Origin: Mytilus trossulus
Taxonomy: Eukaryota
Assembly (NCBI RefSeq): GCF_036588685.1
Contig: NC_086375.1
Location: forward strand, 77,748,001 to 77,812,000
Direction: 5' to 3'
Length of the DNA: 64,000 nucleotides
Each line of letters opens with the position of its first letter. Position 1 is the stretch's first letter. Position numbers and translations under genes: made by a program. The notes under the pieces were generated by a model, which searched no databases, was not told where the DNA came from, and was given only the letters and a program-made list of their open reading frames with translations. Positions 1-14,587 of the stretch are shown piece by piece.

Positions 1-3000
1 TTCTGAATTTCAGTATTTGGTACATAATAAACACTCAATAAAATTAAGCAGATATAATGTATCAGTGGCAATCCCATATCCATATGGCGTTTAAGAGTTG
101 GAAGGAATACAAAGTCAGTAATAAGAAGATGTCCATGAAGTCGCCAAAACTGTTATAGGGTATAATATTTTCTGCATGCATTAAATTACAAATTTATTTT
201 TGTATTTAAAAACAAAACTACTTTAAGTATTCATTATTGTTTAATCTTCGATGCTTAATCTTAATTTGTAACTATGTAATGAGTATTGAACATCATCAAA
301 CTGTAATTGCGTATTTTTTCACAAAGTATTCTAGGGTCGAATAATACATGTTTCACATTTATATGCATGCTTGTTCGACATATTTGATCAGGATAATTCA
401 TGCTTACACTTAAAGAAGTCACTTCTTCTGAGGTTTGACAATTATTTAGTAAGTTTCCACAAAACATTTACCTATTTGTGATTGACTACAAACAAAATCA
501 TTATATTAAAAACCCTCAAACTACTTTTTTTTACATTTCAGTATTTTAGTATTAAGGCACATATGAATAGAGGCAATAGTAGTTTATAAAGTAATAAATC
601 CATATTTAGTGTAAAAACGTTTAGAAACCCATTGTAAATAACTCCAAACTGAACATTTTCACAAGTCTATTTAAATACTTTCGTAGCCCGAAATTATAAA
701 TTTTGTTTTACATGTTTGGAATAGAGCTAGAAACTACTAGCATTTCGGGAAAAACGGAAAAACAGCCGTATTCATTATTGTTTCATTTTAACATTTTAAT
801 TCTTATATTGTATATGAACAACAGCCTTTCCCACAAGTAAATTCCAAATATAAATGTCAATTTATATCTAGCTCTTCTGTTTATATCAAATGTTACCAAA
901 ATTGCTAGATGTTATGTAGTCTAATAATAGCATTTACTTATATATTTGAATGAATTAAAGAATGTTTCTAATTTTGCATTTATTTTGTCCAATCTTATTA
1001 TTTATGTTGCTTCCTTTTGTTTTGCAGATTCTAAAAATTAACGAGCATTTAACATCTTGTATGTTTAAAACTGTTCTAAATATCATATCATGTCATTGAT
1101 ATTACAATCTAGGAGTAAAATATAGTAACAGGACAATTAAACTATTAAGTCAAAAATCGATTACCAACACCATACCAAAAAACCCACCAGAAGACCACAA
1201 AAGACACACCAGTATACAATACACAACTGAAAAACTTCATCAAAACCCCACAAAATAAAGCAAGAAATCAAAAAGTTTGTTTAAAATCCACTTACAAATA
1301 TCGTTCTAGTGAGGTACTGTTATTTGATCATACAGTATCAAAGATAACATATCAATATAACACTTGATGTCATGGCCAGACAACATGTGTCACAAATCAT
1401 AAACAAAGAAAAAAACAATTCAAACAATGATAATAATTTTTGGTTGTTCTAAATCTTCTATTTGTTTGTTTTTTTGCGTTAATGTTCATTTACAGAAGGC
1501 AAAAATCTCTCTTAGATGGAAATAACGCTTAAATATTCATTTATGTTCGTCTGTTTTGTTCTATTTTGTTTACTGTATACATGTGTGTTAACACAGTAAA
1601 TACTCATAATATTGTACACTTATTTGAATTTGAGCTTGTTGTTTTTGTTATATTGCAATCTCAACCTGTTAAACACTAGAATAATGAACTTTTTCAACTT
1701 GTAGGTAACTCTCTTTTAATGTAATGCGGGTGTGTGAGTTTGTTTCACTTATCCCATCTGAAAATTTTACTCATTCCAGCCACGCGCAATTCTTGAAGAT
1801 AGCTCTATTTTTAAAGATAATATCACGATTATAACAATTTTACTGATAATGATATAAATGGTAATAGTAAGTATTACTTAAGTTTCATGAAAGATAGTTA
1901 GATAAATTGTGAATATTAAAACTGAATAGTTAGTCCAAACCTTTGCCATATTACGTATACCATTCTGGATAGTCCAAAATCCAATAAGATTAATGGAAGA
2001 ATTTTGTCTAAATAAGAGGTCATATTAAGGCACATGATTATTACAATATCTTTACAGTCATCTCTGTTGACGCCTGTAAATAAGTATGGATAGAATATGC
2101 AAATTAATGTATACTTTTATTTTATTGCCTCCTATTATAAATCTGCACTTAAGTCTAAAGTGGTAAGAAATTATAAGACACATACACACGGAATGCACAA
2201 TATGTAAGCATACAATATACCAGTAGCAATTGCTGTGATACATTATTATTGTTTTGTTTCTATAATAAACAAATTCGATATGGTTTAGTTTTATTTTAGC
2301 CAGGCTGTGTTCATGTCAAAGTCTGCTGATACCATTTGAAATAGGTGTTTTTCTGTTAGTCTGGGTTTCATTCCAGTGATCACCATGTCTGTTTCTAAAA
2401 TTTACAATTAGAGCCTAAACTAAAACTTTTTCCAGATAAAATATCGTCTATGGATGTGATGTACATATATTGAAAGTCAAGAACACGGAAACCCTTACCA
2501 TAAGAAAGAAAGAATAAATCTTCAATGGCCATCAAATATGAACCATTCATACTTATCTTTCGATACTTTTAGTGTTTGTGTCAGTATTTAAAAATTCAGT
2601 TTCACAAAGCTACAATAGATAACATATAGTTCCTTTCTTCCACGAATACAAATGTTACCAATCTCGTGGTTAATAATAAAATATCTAGTTAAAGAGGAAA
2701 ACCCTGTTGACTTTAAGCCAAGTTCAAAGGTCTATGCTATAACATTTCTAAATGACATTAAATAATGTGTGACTAAAGAATTTGGTGCCCAACTTATCAA
2801 TTTCACGAGTCTATTCACTGGAACAAAGCATAAGAGTTTCCAAATTGAAAAAAAATACACAGTTCACTCCTTTTATTCCTTAAATATTTTAAAGCCACAT
2901 ATACAAATAAAATACAGACATACTTTATGATAGTGCATTCCATACCTTTTAAGAACAGTTACAATTATTCACTGTTATATTCATATTTGTTGTGGTTACA

Positions 3001-3208
3001 GGTAGAATGATCGTGTATAATATATGTGTAATAAAGTTACAGATAATTGGGAATCGCCAAACCATTAACAACACAAAATAATAACATGGCTTCGATTTTA
3101 AGCATTCTACATTATATGCATTGTAATGATTTCTATTTCTGTTTTCCCTGTGGTCAGTTGATGTTTTCAGTGGCATCGATGGCATCCTAAATAGCTTAAC
3201 ATGTAAAC

Positions 3209-6200
3209 TTACATGTTGTTATAGTATAAAGTGCTAGTCATAATGTGGTTTGCAAAAACTGATACTGTTGTTTTTGAAATATTGTAAAGATTCAGTTTCT
3301 CCATTAGCGATGAACAAAGTTCACTATTTAGGTTCATTTTCTAGGAAACAAAATTATGTCATTTTTAAAGAGTATTAACAACAATATCAAACTCCAAGGG
3401 GAACTAAAAAGCGGAGAAGTCCATAAAACCTGACAAAACAAACATCCGATTGTATTAATAAACAGAACAAATTGAAAACAACCGCCATATACCAGACTTG
3501 TATCAGAAATGTCCCGATGAAAATGATGAGTCAACATAACCTTAAAAAGGAAATGCCATCGGATGAATATTGGGTTTTATTTGTCCAATAGAACAATTGA
3601 AATATTTGACATTATTTGTGTCAGCAGCTGCGTGAAAAAATCTCCAAATAAGGCAAAAATATTTTAAAACAAATATTACTTTTTTTTTATTTAAAAAAGC
3701 ATAACAAAGAAAAGAAGATTAACAAGAATATATCAAAGGAACACATTAGTATTATTTTATCAAGTTCAAAAGTAAATATCACTTTAATTTTCTGTTTTTC
3801 CTTCTGTAATATATTACTTGCAATGTCAAAATCAAGTTCGATATCAATAACTGAACAAAAGTTAATATAAGAATCCAGTCACGTGTCAATAAAATAGATG
3901 TTGATATTCTTCCAAAACTTTGGAAAACACAAAGAACTGACGATGTCCCAGATAACTGTCCCGTGTCATGGTTTTTGTGATTGGTGTATATCTGAATTAT
4001 CTATAAAAAAAAAATCAACAATTGTTATTAATTATGCATCCAAATATAGCTAAACAAAAATCAAATATATTCAAGTAAAAAATAAAGTCAACAAACGTAT
4101 ACTGCTGTTCAAAAGTAATAAATCAATTGAGAGAAAACAAAGCCAGGTTAAAAACTTAAGCCTAGGGAAACACATCAAACTTATGTGTCCTTTCAATAAC
4201 CTTCGTATATAGCCTTGTATTAATTAATTCTAAAATTATGATCGTTTCCTGTGTTCTCGGCATGTATTGGTTTATTGGTTTTATATTCATTATTTGGGAA
4301 AAAATAGGGTTTAATGTCATTTGTGTCTTTTGTTTTCTGTGTTTTGTTTTGTAAACATCTGATTGTCTTCTTTGTATTCATGCTGTAAGTACTTTTGTCA
4401 TTTTTCATCTAGTGCCTCTGTATTGGCAAGTTTCAAATGATACATTTTGCTGTACATATTCTTATAGATTTTTCCTACAGCTAAGGTTGCATCTACGCAG
4501 GCTTTGACAAATGGTTTAAGTTTTTTTTTTAATATCATACTGTTTGTTATGCTTTACAAAACGTTTATTTTATTTTTCAAGTTCATTGAATTTTCTTCAG
4601 ACACATATGATGCATATAAGGTAAACCAAATTAAGTTTAAGTTTTGGACAAAACCTTTGCTTCTTGCAGTTTTTCCTTCATTTGATAATATAATAGTACT
4701 AATAACAAATGACTTATTATACATACCCTGCTTATACTTAAAACAGGTATACTGCAAATGTTTAAATACGTTATGAATTTCGTTGGCACCAATGGTATAA
4801 TAAGTGTTAACATTATGATAGTGTAGAATAGCATAAAACACACTGCGCTGATAGGTCTGTCATTGTAACTGAGTAGAAGCAGGACCAATACAACCATTTC
4901 CACCATTAGAACTAGATTTTCTCCCCACGCACTAAAAAAACCATAACACAATAGAAACATTACCTTTTGGTTTTAGTCAAAAAATTAAATAATTTTGTTA
5001 TATTTCAAATGGCTAAAATGAAATCGATAATGATTTAATTATTAAATTGATAGAACTTTGGTACTGTCAGGCTTAACTGGAAATATTATATATTCCAAAT
5101 TGAAATTAAAGGCTTATGAATTTTGCAATATGATATATGGTTCAAATTCCTTCTGGGAAATCTACAATTGCTAAATGTCAAGTGAAGTATATACTTATAT
5201 TTATGTTCAATATAAACATAGATTTCCTATGTAATAAACTGTGATAAAACTGTATAGATTTTATATATTCTTTCGTTTTTTCTTGCTTGTTTGCCTTTTT
5301 TGTTTGATTAGTCCCCACAAGATATGGTTAAAAATACAAACAATGTAGTTGAAGTTGGAACTGCTGTAGGTGTCCCTACATTGCCATTCGTAAATTCGAT
5401 AGTAAATGTTCTCCGATGACTTGCCAATTTAAAAAACAAAAAAAATGTAAAAAATGAAAATCCATTTTTTTAATTAATAACAACACTTCATATATGCATT
5501 ATACATAATGACCTGTCTGAACAATATGTATACCTGAATGTGAAGTTCTCCTGAACGCAATATGCAACTTTCGATGAGGATGCTTGCAACATCAAAATTA
5601 TACTAACAAAGCTGACACCACTCGCGTTCCTTCTTCGGAGTATTTTAAGTATTTGTGGAATCTGACCTGTAAACAAGATATAAGTTTTAAATAGGATAAC
5701 TCAAGAAGATGATTTTAATTGTTTTTCTTTTAATTAAGCAATGCAAATTTTTGGTGATCGGTCCTCGATTTGGAATGGGGTATTTACAATCTTATTTGTA
5801 GTTGACAACTGGTTGTCTTCATCTTTTCAATGATCAACTCTTGTTGGTCTACCGCAACGGATGTTATATATATTAGGAGAATCCTTGTCATAATGTAAAT
5901 AAAATGAAATTTTTTGTCATAGAACATGCATGCCAAAACTAGCTCATAATTCTTTTAAGCGAGTACTTTTGTCTCATTTACTAGAACCCTTGTGGACATT
6001 AAACTTAAAATATAAAAGATGCAACAAGATTGTTACGTGTTCTGAAATTGGTTCAGGCAACTGTGATTTATAATAAACGCTTTCATTTTGATTTCCCTTT
6101 TGTCCGCTGCAATGCATAAGTATTAAATGCCATCTACCCACGCCTTATGTGATAGCATATCACAGGTATGCTAAAACACCCCCTGTTTTGGTGATTTTAA

Positions 6201-9120
6201 ACTCCACTCAATAATATCAAGAATAAAATGAACGAAAGGAAAATCAAACACTTTAATCTGAAAGACACTTAGTCGCAACCATGAGTTGGTTTCCCTTTTC
6301 ATAGTGTCTCAGTTTTCAAAACTAACGGAAAAGATCTCTCATGTCAACTGATTACATTCTGACATCATATCCGGCGTTATGATGTTTATGGCACTAACCC
6401 TTACAACTGGATGCGATTTTGGAATCATGTGGAAGAGTGTTTGCTTGCTTGTTTGTTTGATTGATTTTTGTTTGCTTATAGTCAGGTATCAACGTCCATT
6501 ATATTATACTATTATTGTAACTTTATATTGTATTATGGAGAAGACTTCATAAGTATGATTTACTTGTGTCTAATCCATTTTGCTTTAACTCAGCAAATAA
6601 GATATGTTTAAACTAAACTATCAACGTAACTGTTCTCATTGCGTTTTAGAGTTAATGCTCACTGCCGTTTTTGACTGATCTATACCTACACTTGTTTGTT
6701 ATTAGATTCACATCCATAACTGATTTTTTTTGTATATAAAATAGTATATTGCTGTGTCACATTTAAACGTATTTTAATATGATATAAACAGATAATCATT
6801 TAACGCTTCATTTAAGCGTAACGAAAATAATCAAGTTCAATGGTTTGGACGACTTATATGCCGTTTTCTTGTTTCTCCTACGAAGGTTTCATAGTTTTAT
6901 TTAGTTATGGTGCTATTGTGCTTGAAATTTATCCTTTTTGTATAAAAATTAATGTATATTACCAGTGAGCGAAAAAATTATGCTTCAATTCTAATAAGGT
7001 AAAATGAATTATAAATGAAGGAACCTTGGAACAGTTAAAAATAAGAAGTCAACAATTTATTACATTCTGAAAATGAAATGTCACTAAATATTCATTTAGC
7101 AAATTGACCGAAATAAACGAATTACAGTTGAAGATTTGCATTTATGAATATATAAAAAAAAATAGTTAACGTCACTGCATTTTCTATATTTTCAAATTTG
7201 CAAAGTGGTAAATATGTGAAGTCTAATTTACTCGAGATGTCGTCAGTCCGGTCGATCAATTTTTGACTAGAATTTCCTTTTTATTCATAAGGCAGATCAC
7301 AATAGAAGTATATCATACGTACTCATAGGGTATGCATGAATATGAATCATCCTCTTGAGACAAAATAAATATTATTTATTAAAAAAATAGATGGTATTTT
7401 AATTACATAATTCATAATCGAAGTAATAAAAACCCAGAGTTTCCAGTAGCAAAGACGTCACGCATAATCAGGAAGAGTACAAATTAATAAATGATGTTTA
7501 GTTATTGTTACTTACTGATCGTAACTGTTCCAATGAGGAAATATCCAAAAAATGTCGTCACAAGAGTCAGCATACATTGCCCTGTAATAGTATCGTCAGT
7601 ATGAATATCTGTTGACATTATATACGAAATATTAAATGAAATGACTTCTAAACAAGAAAGTTCATTTCAATATTAGTTTAAGTATATAGGAAATAGTTTT
7701 GACCTACTCATTAGCCTGGTGAATCTATTTATAAGTTAAGTGTAAAAAATTTTGTACATTAACCCTTGTATTTTGTTATAGTCATTTTAGTTGGTTTACA
7801 ATACTTCCAATGTTACAGAAATATTTGATGTATTATACTGAAGTTGCTTAATGGTTCCTTCTATATAAGTTTAAGTTTTCAAATAAAAGTTTTAGATGCA
7901 TATGAATATATTTAATGTTCCTGCAATACAATGAAAGGTGGTAAGATCATATTTGACAAAAATGGCAACTTTGATACATTCATATATATATAATCATCTG
8001 ATGAGTAGAGCCTTTTTCATCTAATTTTTATAGTTCGTCCTTATGTTGTTTCGTTTCACCTCTGTCCCAGATAAGGGGAAGGGCTCAAATCACGCTAACA
8101 TGTTTAACTGGTAACATTCTTTTTTTTGTACATTAAATAGGCCGTTTGTTTTCTAGTTTGAATTGATTATATAGTTGACTATGCGGTATTGGCCATGGTT
8201 ATTGCTGAAGGACGTACGGTAACCGATAGATTTAATTTGTGTCATTTTGTCTCTAGTGGAGAGTTGTCTCATTGGCAATCACATCATCTTTTTTATAATT
8301 AATACATATAATGAAGTGAGCGCAATTCCCTTTAATCGTGTCTGGTATTGTTACTTTTGGAAAGAAATAATTCTTAAAATTCATGTTATGGGCTATATTC
8401 TACATATTTAGAGTAAATGAAACGTTTGTGGCCTATCATTATTATGGCTCCAAACAATACTGAAAAACTGAAAGAAAAAATCAAATAAACCCAACTCAAA
8501 TTCAACCAAATTGTGACAATTTAAAAAAAATGGTTGAAAATTTTATTTACATCAGAATGACAGAAATGTCACTAAAATGCATATTAGATTTTTTGTAATC
8601 TGTAAAATCCCGCTATGTAGAATTGATACTAATTTCATTATTTCAGGGAAAAGAACAGTTTATAAAAACCTTTTGGAAAATGTTATAAATAGTCAGACAT
8701 GAACGACTCTATGATGTCGTTGAAATATTTTTCTTTTAAAAAAATTTGAACATCACGATTCTTCTTAAAAAACATTTTATACTTGAGGATACACATAAAA
8801 GCAAGATTAACGATAAAGTTCTTTAGTTCTAAAAAGAATAGATTAGTATGTTTATGATTTATGCATTTTTCAATATTAATAAATTGTCCCCCGTTTCGAT
8901 GGGATTGTATAAAACTCAAATAAAACATTGCGATATTTATCTTGTCATGATAATATAGCTATGTTTCACCTGAATTCAGAATTTAAAATGGTTTTAAATA
9001 TTTAAAACCTATCTACTCACGTTGTGGAAGTCGATGACGTTCAACCAACTCTTGAAAGCATTGAAAATAATGATCAGGATTCCCAGATGGTAAAGTTGTT
9101 GTTAAATCCCATCCACCCAT
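3209..9120 (-). CDS. MPDU1: MPDU1-like (mannose-P-dolichol utilization defect 1 / SLC66 PQ-loop) membrane protein, 6 coding exons, ~248 aa, divergent
   Basis: Phase-consistent GT-AG exons at 9120-9021, 7581-7516, 5666-5534, 4931-4727, 3540-3430 and 3340-3209 (stop TAA). Motifs: CFQELV..QCMLTL, QIPQILKI (PQ loop), GVSF, FSAWGE. Exon sizes of 100/66/133/205/111 nt resemble the vertebrate MPDU1 layout as I recall it. The last two exons are less certain. Confidence 0.8.
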
Positions 9121-9913
9121 TTCTTATGATGTTTCTCAACTGAATCAAGTTATAATGAATTATCTTATATATAATATCATATGTATATTTATAATGAATA
9201 AACAGGGACAATGTAAACAATGATAATATTAATCACGCCATCATTAATCGACGCTATCACCGAGTGCATCTTTTTTGATAAAACCGTCTGACCATGTATA
9301 AAACATGCAAGTCAACATAAATGTCAGAGGTAAATAAAAACAAAACTTTCACCACCTAATAATATATTTTTGAACATTATCACATTAAATAATAACATAG
9401 TATAATAAATAACATCGTTTTCTAACAATATCGCATTACAAATGTACATAATAAAATAATATTACAAATAATATATTTTGTAACTATATCGATTTAATTA
9501 ATAACATAATATAAATTGGCATAACGTTACTCAATAATTCAAATGTAATAATTTGCTGAAAACAAAAGAAAATAAGAGAAGCAGCATCTATGCGAAATTC
9601 TTTAGTTACAACCCCCGATATCTTTTAAAATTATCTTTTAGTTTTTGAAGAGTAGCAGAAGGGAAATTTAGGTCAAATGGTAGAAAATTTGCGAAAATAA
9701 TTTCCTTATCAAAGAGTTATTGAACGTTTCTGAACATCGTGGACAATAAACATTATTAGTGGGGTTCCTGTTGCTGCGTCTTAAGTTTTCTATGTTGTGT
9801 TTTGTGTACTTCTGCGGGTCTTGTTTTTTTTTAGCCATGACGTTGTCTGTGGTTTTTTTTTCGACATATGAGTTTGAACGTCCATAAAATCATCATAGAT
9901 ATCAGGATAACTT

Positions 9914-9959
9914 GCACCAGACGCGCGTTTCGTCTACATCAGACTCACCAGTGACGCTC
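9914..9959 (-). ncRNA. Type I minimal hammerhead ribozyme motif with variant core CUGGUGA, in an interspersed repeat
   Basis: Minus strand reads gcgtca CTGGTGA gtct-gatgt-agac GAAA C gcgc GTC tggtgc. Stem I gcgtca/tggtgc pairs; the core has an A6G change. Confidence 0.6.
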
Positions 9960-10887
9960 GAATAAACAAAATCGTCTGGTATCTTTCACCCCTCTCTTGA
10001 GAATTTAATTTTGATTTAAAATATAGTATACTATAACTTCAAATCCCTTACTTAGGACACAAATGAGCATCAAATGATAAAAAAAAAAACAAGAAAATAA
10101 TTCAAATTTGTTAAATTAATGGCTTAATATTCAGTTGCAAATGCATCATTCCTATTTAGGAGGCAACCACATTAATAGGAATTTAAAACTTTTTAGAATA
10201 ACTGTGTTATAGCACTAGCTCGATATTACACGCAATGACCGTGCCAATTTTCAGACATAGATCATTGAATATAACCATCCAAAACCCCCATCGGATGTGG
10301 CTACCTATTTACACATCCCAAAAACGAAAATATGTCTCAATCATCCATTAAATTAATTGCTTCTGTAAATTACACCTATGGCCGAGCCTCAATTTAAATT
10401 TTTTTTTTCTTAAAGGCGCATTATGTACCAAAGTTTGAGGAGAGATATAATTTATGACTTAAAAGACATTTTTCCAAAAATTCCAAAATATTTTCAATAA
10501 AACTGATAGATACCGTGTGAGCTTGAGATTTAATCTACTGATCAAGGTTTTGTTCTTACCAATGGCAATTTTCAAACTGAGTTTGGTGAAGCTTTGGTCG
10601 AAAAAAATAATCGTGAAACAGAAAATATGTCAAAATTTCAGTCCACCAATTGCTGTTGTTATCAGAAAACCTATTGAGATTTTTTCATCCGAAGCACATC
10701 CTTATATATTATTGTTTTTGTTTTGTTTTTGCTGAACAGAAATCGTCAGAAAACAAAAGCAACATTTAAAAAAAAATCAGTTGATTTTGGCACTCTGATA
10801 TTGAACTATGACCTAGTTGCAAAACAATTATTAGGGATCTTGTTATTTCAATATATATATAGTTAATTCTCAAGATTCTAAATAATA

Positions 10888-11440
10888 ATGTTCTTATCCC
10901 AGGCAGACGGTCCGTATTGGGCACAACTTTTTGGAACTTTTGGTCACCAATCTTCAACTTTGTACTTGTTTTGGCTTTCGAACTTTTTTCATCTGAGCTT
11001 CACTGGATTGTCTGTCTTGTGTGGATGAAACGTACGTCTGGCGTATAAAATTTTAAACCTGGTACCTTTTGTTAGCTATTATTCGTGTGTTTCTCTGTCC
11101 TATATGTTCTCCCATTTATTTGTATATTAGTCTTGCCATGTAATGGTGTCATTTTGATGTTATATTTAAAATTGCCATAAAAGCGGGATATTTTGCATGC
11201 CCAAAAACCAAGTTCAATCCACCATTTTTTTTCTTAAAATGTCCTGTTCCAAGTCAGGAAAATGGCCATTGTTAGACTATAGTTCGTTTCGGTGTGTATT
11301 GCATCTTTTAAAATGTTGTTTTTCTGTTGTGTCGTTGTTCTCCTCTTATATTTGATGCGTTTTCCTCAGTTTTAGTTTGTAACCGTTTTTCTCAATCAAT
11401 ATATGAGTTTCGAATAGCGGTATACTACTGTTGCCTTTAT
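10888..11440 (+). mobile_element. Interspersed repeat (retrozyme/Penelope-associated type) with a degenerate hammerhead at ~10995-11045
   Basis: Shares aactttgtacttgttt...gagc(g/t)tcactg...gaaacg.gtctgg...aaatt...ggtac.ttt with 20385-20558. The catalytic core is eroded. Confidence 0.6.
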
Positions 11441-13327
11441 TTGAAGGTTTGACATATAATCTAAAATGGTATCATCCTGAAACAAAATAATTTTTGTATG
11501 TTTGTTCTATCAATTAGTGTAACCTTAACTTTTGACCATCATGTGACCTTCATTCGGTTGCAGTTACTATCCCAGGCGAATTGGGATGAAAGTCAAGAAA
11601 TAAGTCGCGAACTGTTAATTTATATTTTCTTGTCATGTAACTTTTGGTCATGAAGCTTTTGACGTACTCATACATTTATAGATCCTTGGTTTTTATATTC
11701 TTTGTTAATAAATCCAGAAATTAAAGCGCTTCCAAACTATCAAGTGTTATTTTCATGAAAGATACGAAGTAAGGATTACAGGCATATGCTTAATATATAG
11801 TACTAGTAATATACATACTTTAGTAAAATTTATGATATTCGCCCGAGATAACTATTATTTACTTGAATGTGAGTATCTAATGAATGAGATGTTTAAATTA
11901 GGAAGTCCAAAGTTCAATTTTGCTTTATGAAGTTTTAATAGTGATGTATAATCGTATGATATACATTGTACATGTTTTGTCAACCTTGAACATTGTAATG
12001 CCACTTTATATAGCTAACAAATAAAATAAACTCGCCTAGTATCAGGTCTAGACGGACGACAAGATAAACATCACAACCTTGGTCTCTGAAACTTCTCAGG
12101 ATAAATTGTACTTGAACGTATACTATGAAAACATGTTTATTTGGATTGTTCTTGTTTCTCCAACTTTGATTACGTTGTGTCTACTCTACAATAATTAATG
12201 TTTGATTGTTGCGTATAGAATGTAAAGGAGAAAACAGTATATACGTGTAACAAGGGTCTATATGGAATATGTATAAACGGACTGTATGAAGTGCTTGCAA
12301 GATTTGCTTGATCTATAACAGTTTGTTGATTTTTTCTATTTAAATAAAAATACGCAAAATTGTTCACCTCTACGGCAGCTATTTTTTTATATGCAGAGTT
12401 TCCTTCAATATACTTTCGAATTTATTTTTTTCGAAGAATTCATTTCTTATTTTATAACATGTACAACCTGTGTCACAGATTAACCCTGATGATCATTGCA
12501 CATCGCAAACTCTAAAGTATACAGAAGAGATATTTTATGCCCAAAAAATGCTACAAGAGAAATAGGGTTTGCGTTAGTGCAATGAAAGTACTAGTCTATA
12601 CATTTCTAAATATTTAATCAAAATATAAATAAGCTTTACATGGTTTGTGATATACTATCCGATACATGAATAATACATAAATTATGTTCCAATTAAAGGA
12701 TGAGGATACCGGGGTACCTCTGCACTACATGTCGGGTCAAATCAAAGGCATATTATATTTGTTTTTTTTCTACACAAACAGCGCGTTAAAGAAATTCAAG
12801 ACATACAAACACAATTTCGAATAAAAGGTCCACTGGAAAATATGTTTTCCTGCAGGGTTTCTGCCTATTCGGGATAGTACGTTAAAAATCCTTACTACGT
12901 TTTTCCGTTTGATACAAAGCAGGGTTCGTGTCATGATTAATGTAACCTTGTTATTGCTAACAAGTAAGCTCAATACAAAAAGATAATAGATTGATACATA
13001 GTCTAGATAGTCAAGGTGCAGTATCACAGATATGTGTGATTGCTAATGTTATTTAACCGATGTCTGCCTTTTCTCATGCAAGTTCGCTTTTTTTTTGTGT
13101 TCACAACATAGAATTCTACTATTGCAGCCTTAGACGAATTGAGCATTGTTCATATCAAATCAGAGTTTTAATGTGGAAAATGATATAACCAGCAAGTTTT
13201 ACAAGTTATCATAAATGAACCACCTCGTTGATCCAGTGAGGAGTGTATTGCTCGCATCGAGTGCTTAATATCGAAAGTTCCGTCCCCAGCGGGAAAGATA
13301 AGCGCTTTTCGTATTGATAATATATAA

Positions 13328-13512
13328 AATTGAGAATGGAAATGAAGAATGTGTCAAAGAGACAACAATCCGACCATAGAACAGACAACAGCAGGAGGTC
13401 ACCAACAGGTCTTCAATGCAGCGAGAAATTCCCGCACCCGGATGCATCCTTCATCTGGCCCCTAAACAAATATACTAGTTCAGTGATAATGAACGCCATA
13501 CTAAACTCCAAA
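13328..13512 (+). repeat. Abundant interspersed repeat; other copies at 20780-20963 (minus) and 58415-58676 (minus)
   Basis: Shared string aattgagaatggaaatg.gaatgtgtcaaagagacaacaa...gacc, visible as MGNVSKRQQ / MKNVSKRQQ in the ORF track. Confidence 0.8.
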
Positions 13513-14335
13513 GTATTATATACATACTCATCATGGACACTCAAAGCAAAACCTTCAATGGCTCTCATTTATCATATATTATAATGCTTTTCTTTAGGAA
13601 GATTAAATTTGATAGTCTCTTATAAATGTAGTAACCGCTTTTCTTAGACTTTGAGCGATTTATATATTGTTTAGACCAAGTCGATTTTTGAAAACTGTTT
13701 ATTAACCTCTAGATATCTTTTCGTTGACATCTATTTCATACCTCTTTTCATTAATATACATCCAAGTGAAAATTAAAATAAAAGATCAGTGATAAGTTAT
13801 AAAATAAATTGGTAAATGGTGCATATAGTTTTGTTTGATTTTTAACAATTATTCATAAGAACTCAAACATTACAAATTTCTTCGGAAAAGGACCAAACAT
13901 TTAATTTGTGAGATTTTGTGATTTCGGAGGGACAGAGTTAGACGGAAAATGTGATAGTAATAATGATTTTGACCGTAATTTCAATGATATCTTATTTTAT
14001 TTCATATCGGTTTATAATTACCTTCTCTGATTGGATAAAAACGGGCTACATGACATTCTTCAGTAATAAATTCGAACAAAACAAGAAAATCGGTCGTTAA
14101 CTTTGACGCGTTAACGACCGATGGGGAGTGGTTTCTCTGTAAATGACCGATAGGACGTGGTTTCTCTGTTAATGACCAATGAAGCGTGGTTTCTCTTTTT
14201 AGGGAGATATCCCTATTTTATATTTTATATTTAAGTTGTTTACCATATGTTTTCGTAAATTATAAAATAATAGAAAACTTACTTTAGAATTCATAATGAT
14301 ATACTGAAAAATGCAGTTAAATGAATGGCAGTGAC

Positions 14336-14587
14336 TTAGGCAGCAACCATTTGATTTTCTGGGGGAGGGGCTATGGATTTTTTTCCCAGACAAACTTTAT
14401 TTTTCGCCTTCTTCTATTTTTTTTCGCGACAAGTCGAAAACCATTTTTTTCTTTCAATTTTAGCATTACATATAGTGGCAGCTAAGGGTGAAACAAACAA
14501 TATGTTTTTTCTCAGGGTCAAGAACAAATTATTTTTTTCTCCAAAAACTGGAAACAAACTTTTTTCCAAAAAAATCCATATCCCCTG
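14336..14587. mobile_element. Short MITE-like foldback fragment
   Basis: Inverted match ggggctatggattttttt (~14367) with aaaaaaatccatatcccc (~14568-14585). Confidence 0.45.

Noticed and set aside
1-500. Possible minus-strand exons at the window start
   Set aside because: The frames close quickly and give no recognisable protein.
7516-7618. In-frame ATG at 7618 as the start of the MPDU1-like gene
   Set aside because: An upstream exon (9120-9021) with a good donor and a 66-nt exon 2 match the MPDU1 N-terminus better.
7996-8030. CTGATGAG as another hammerhead
   Set aside because: There is no stem II followed by GAAA and no cleavage triplet.
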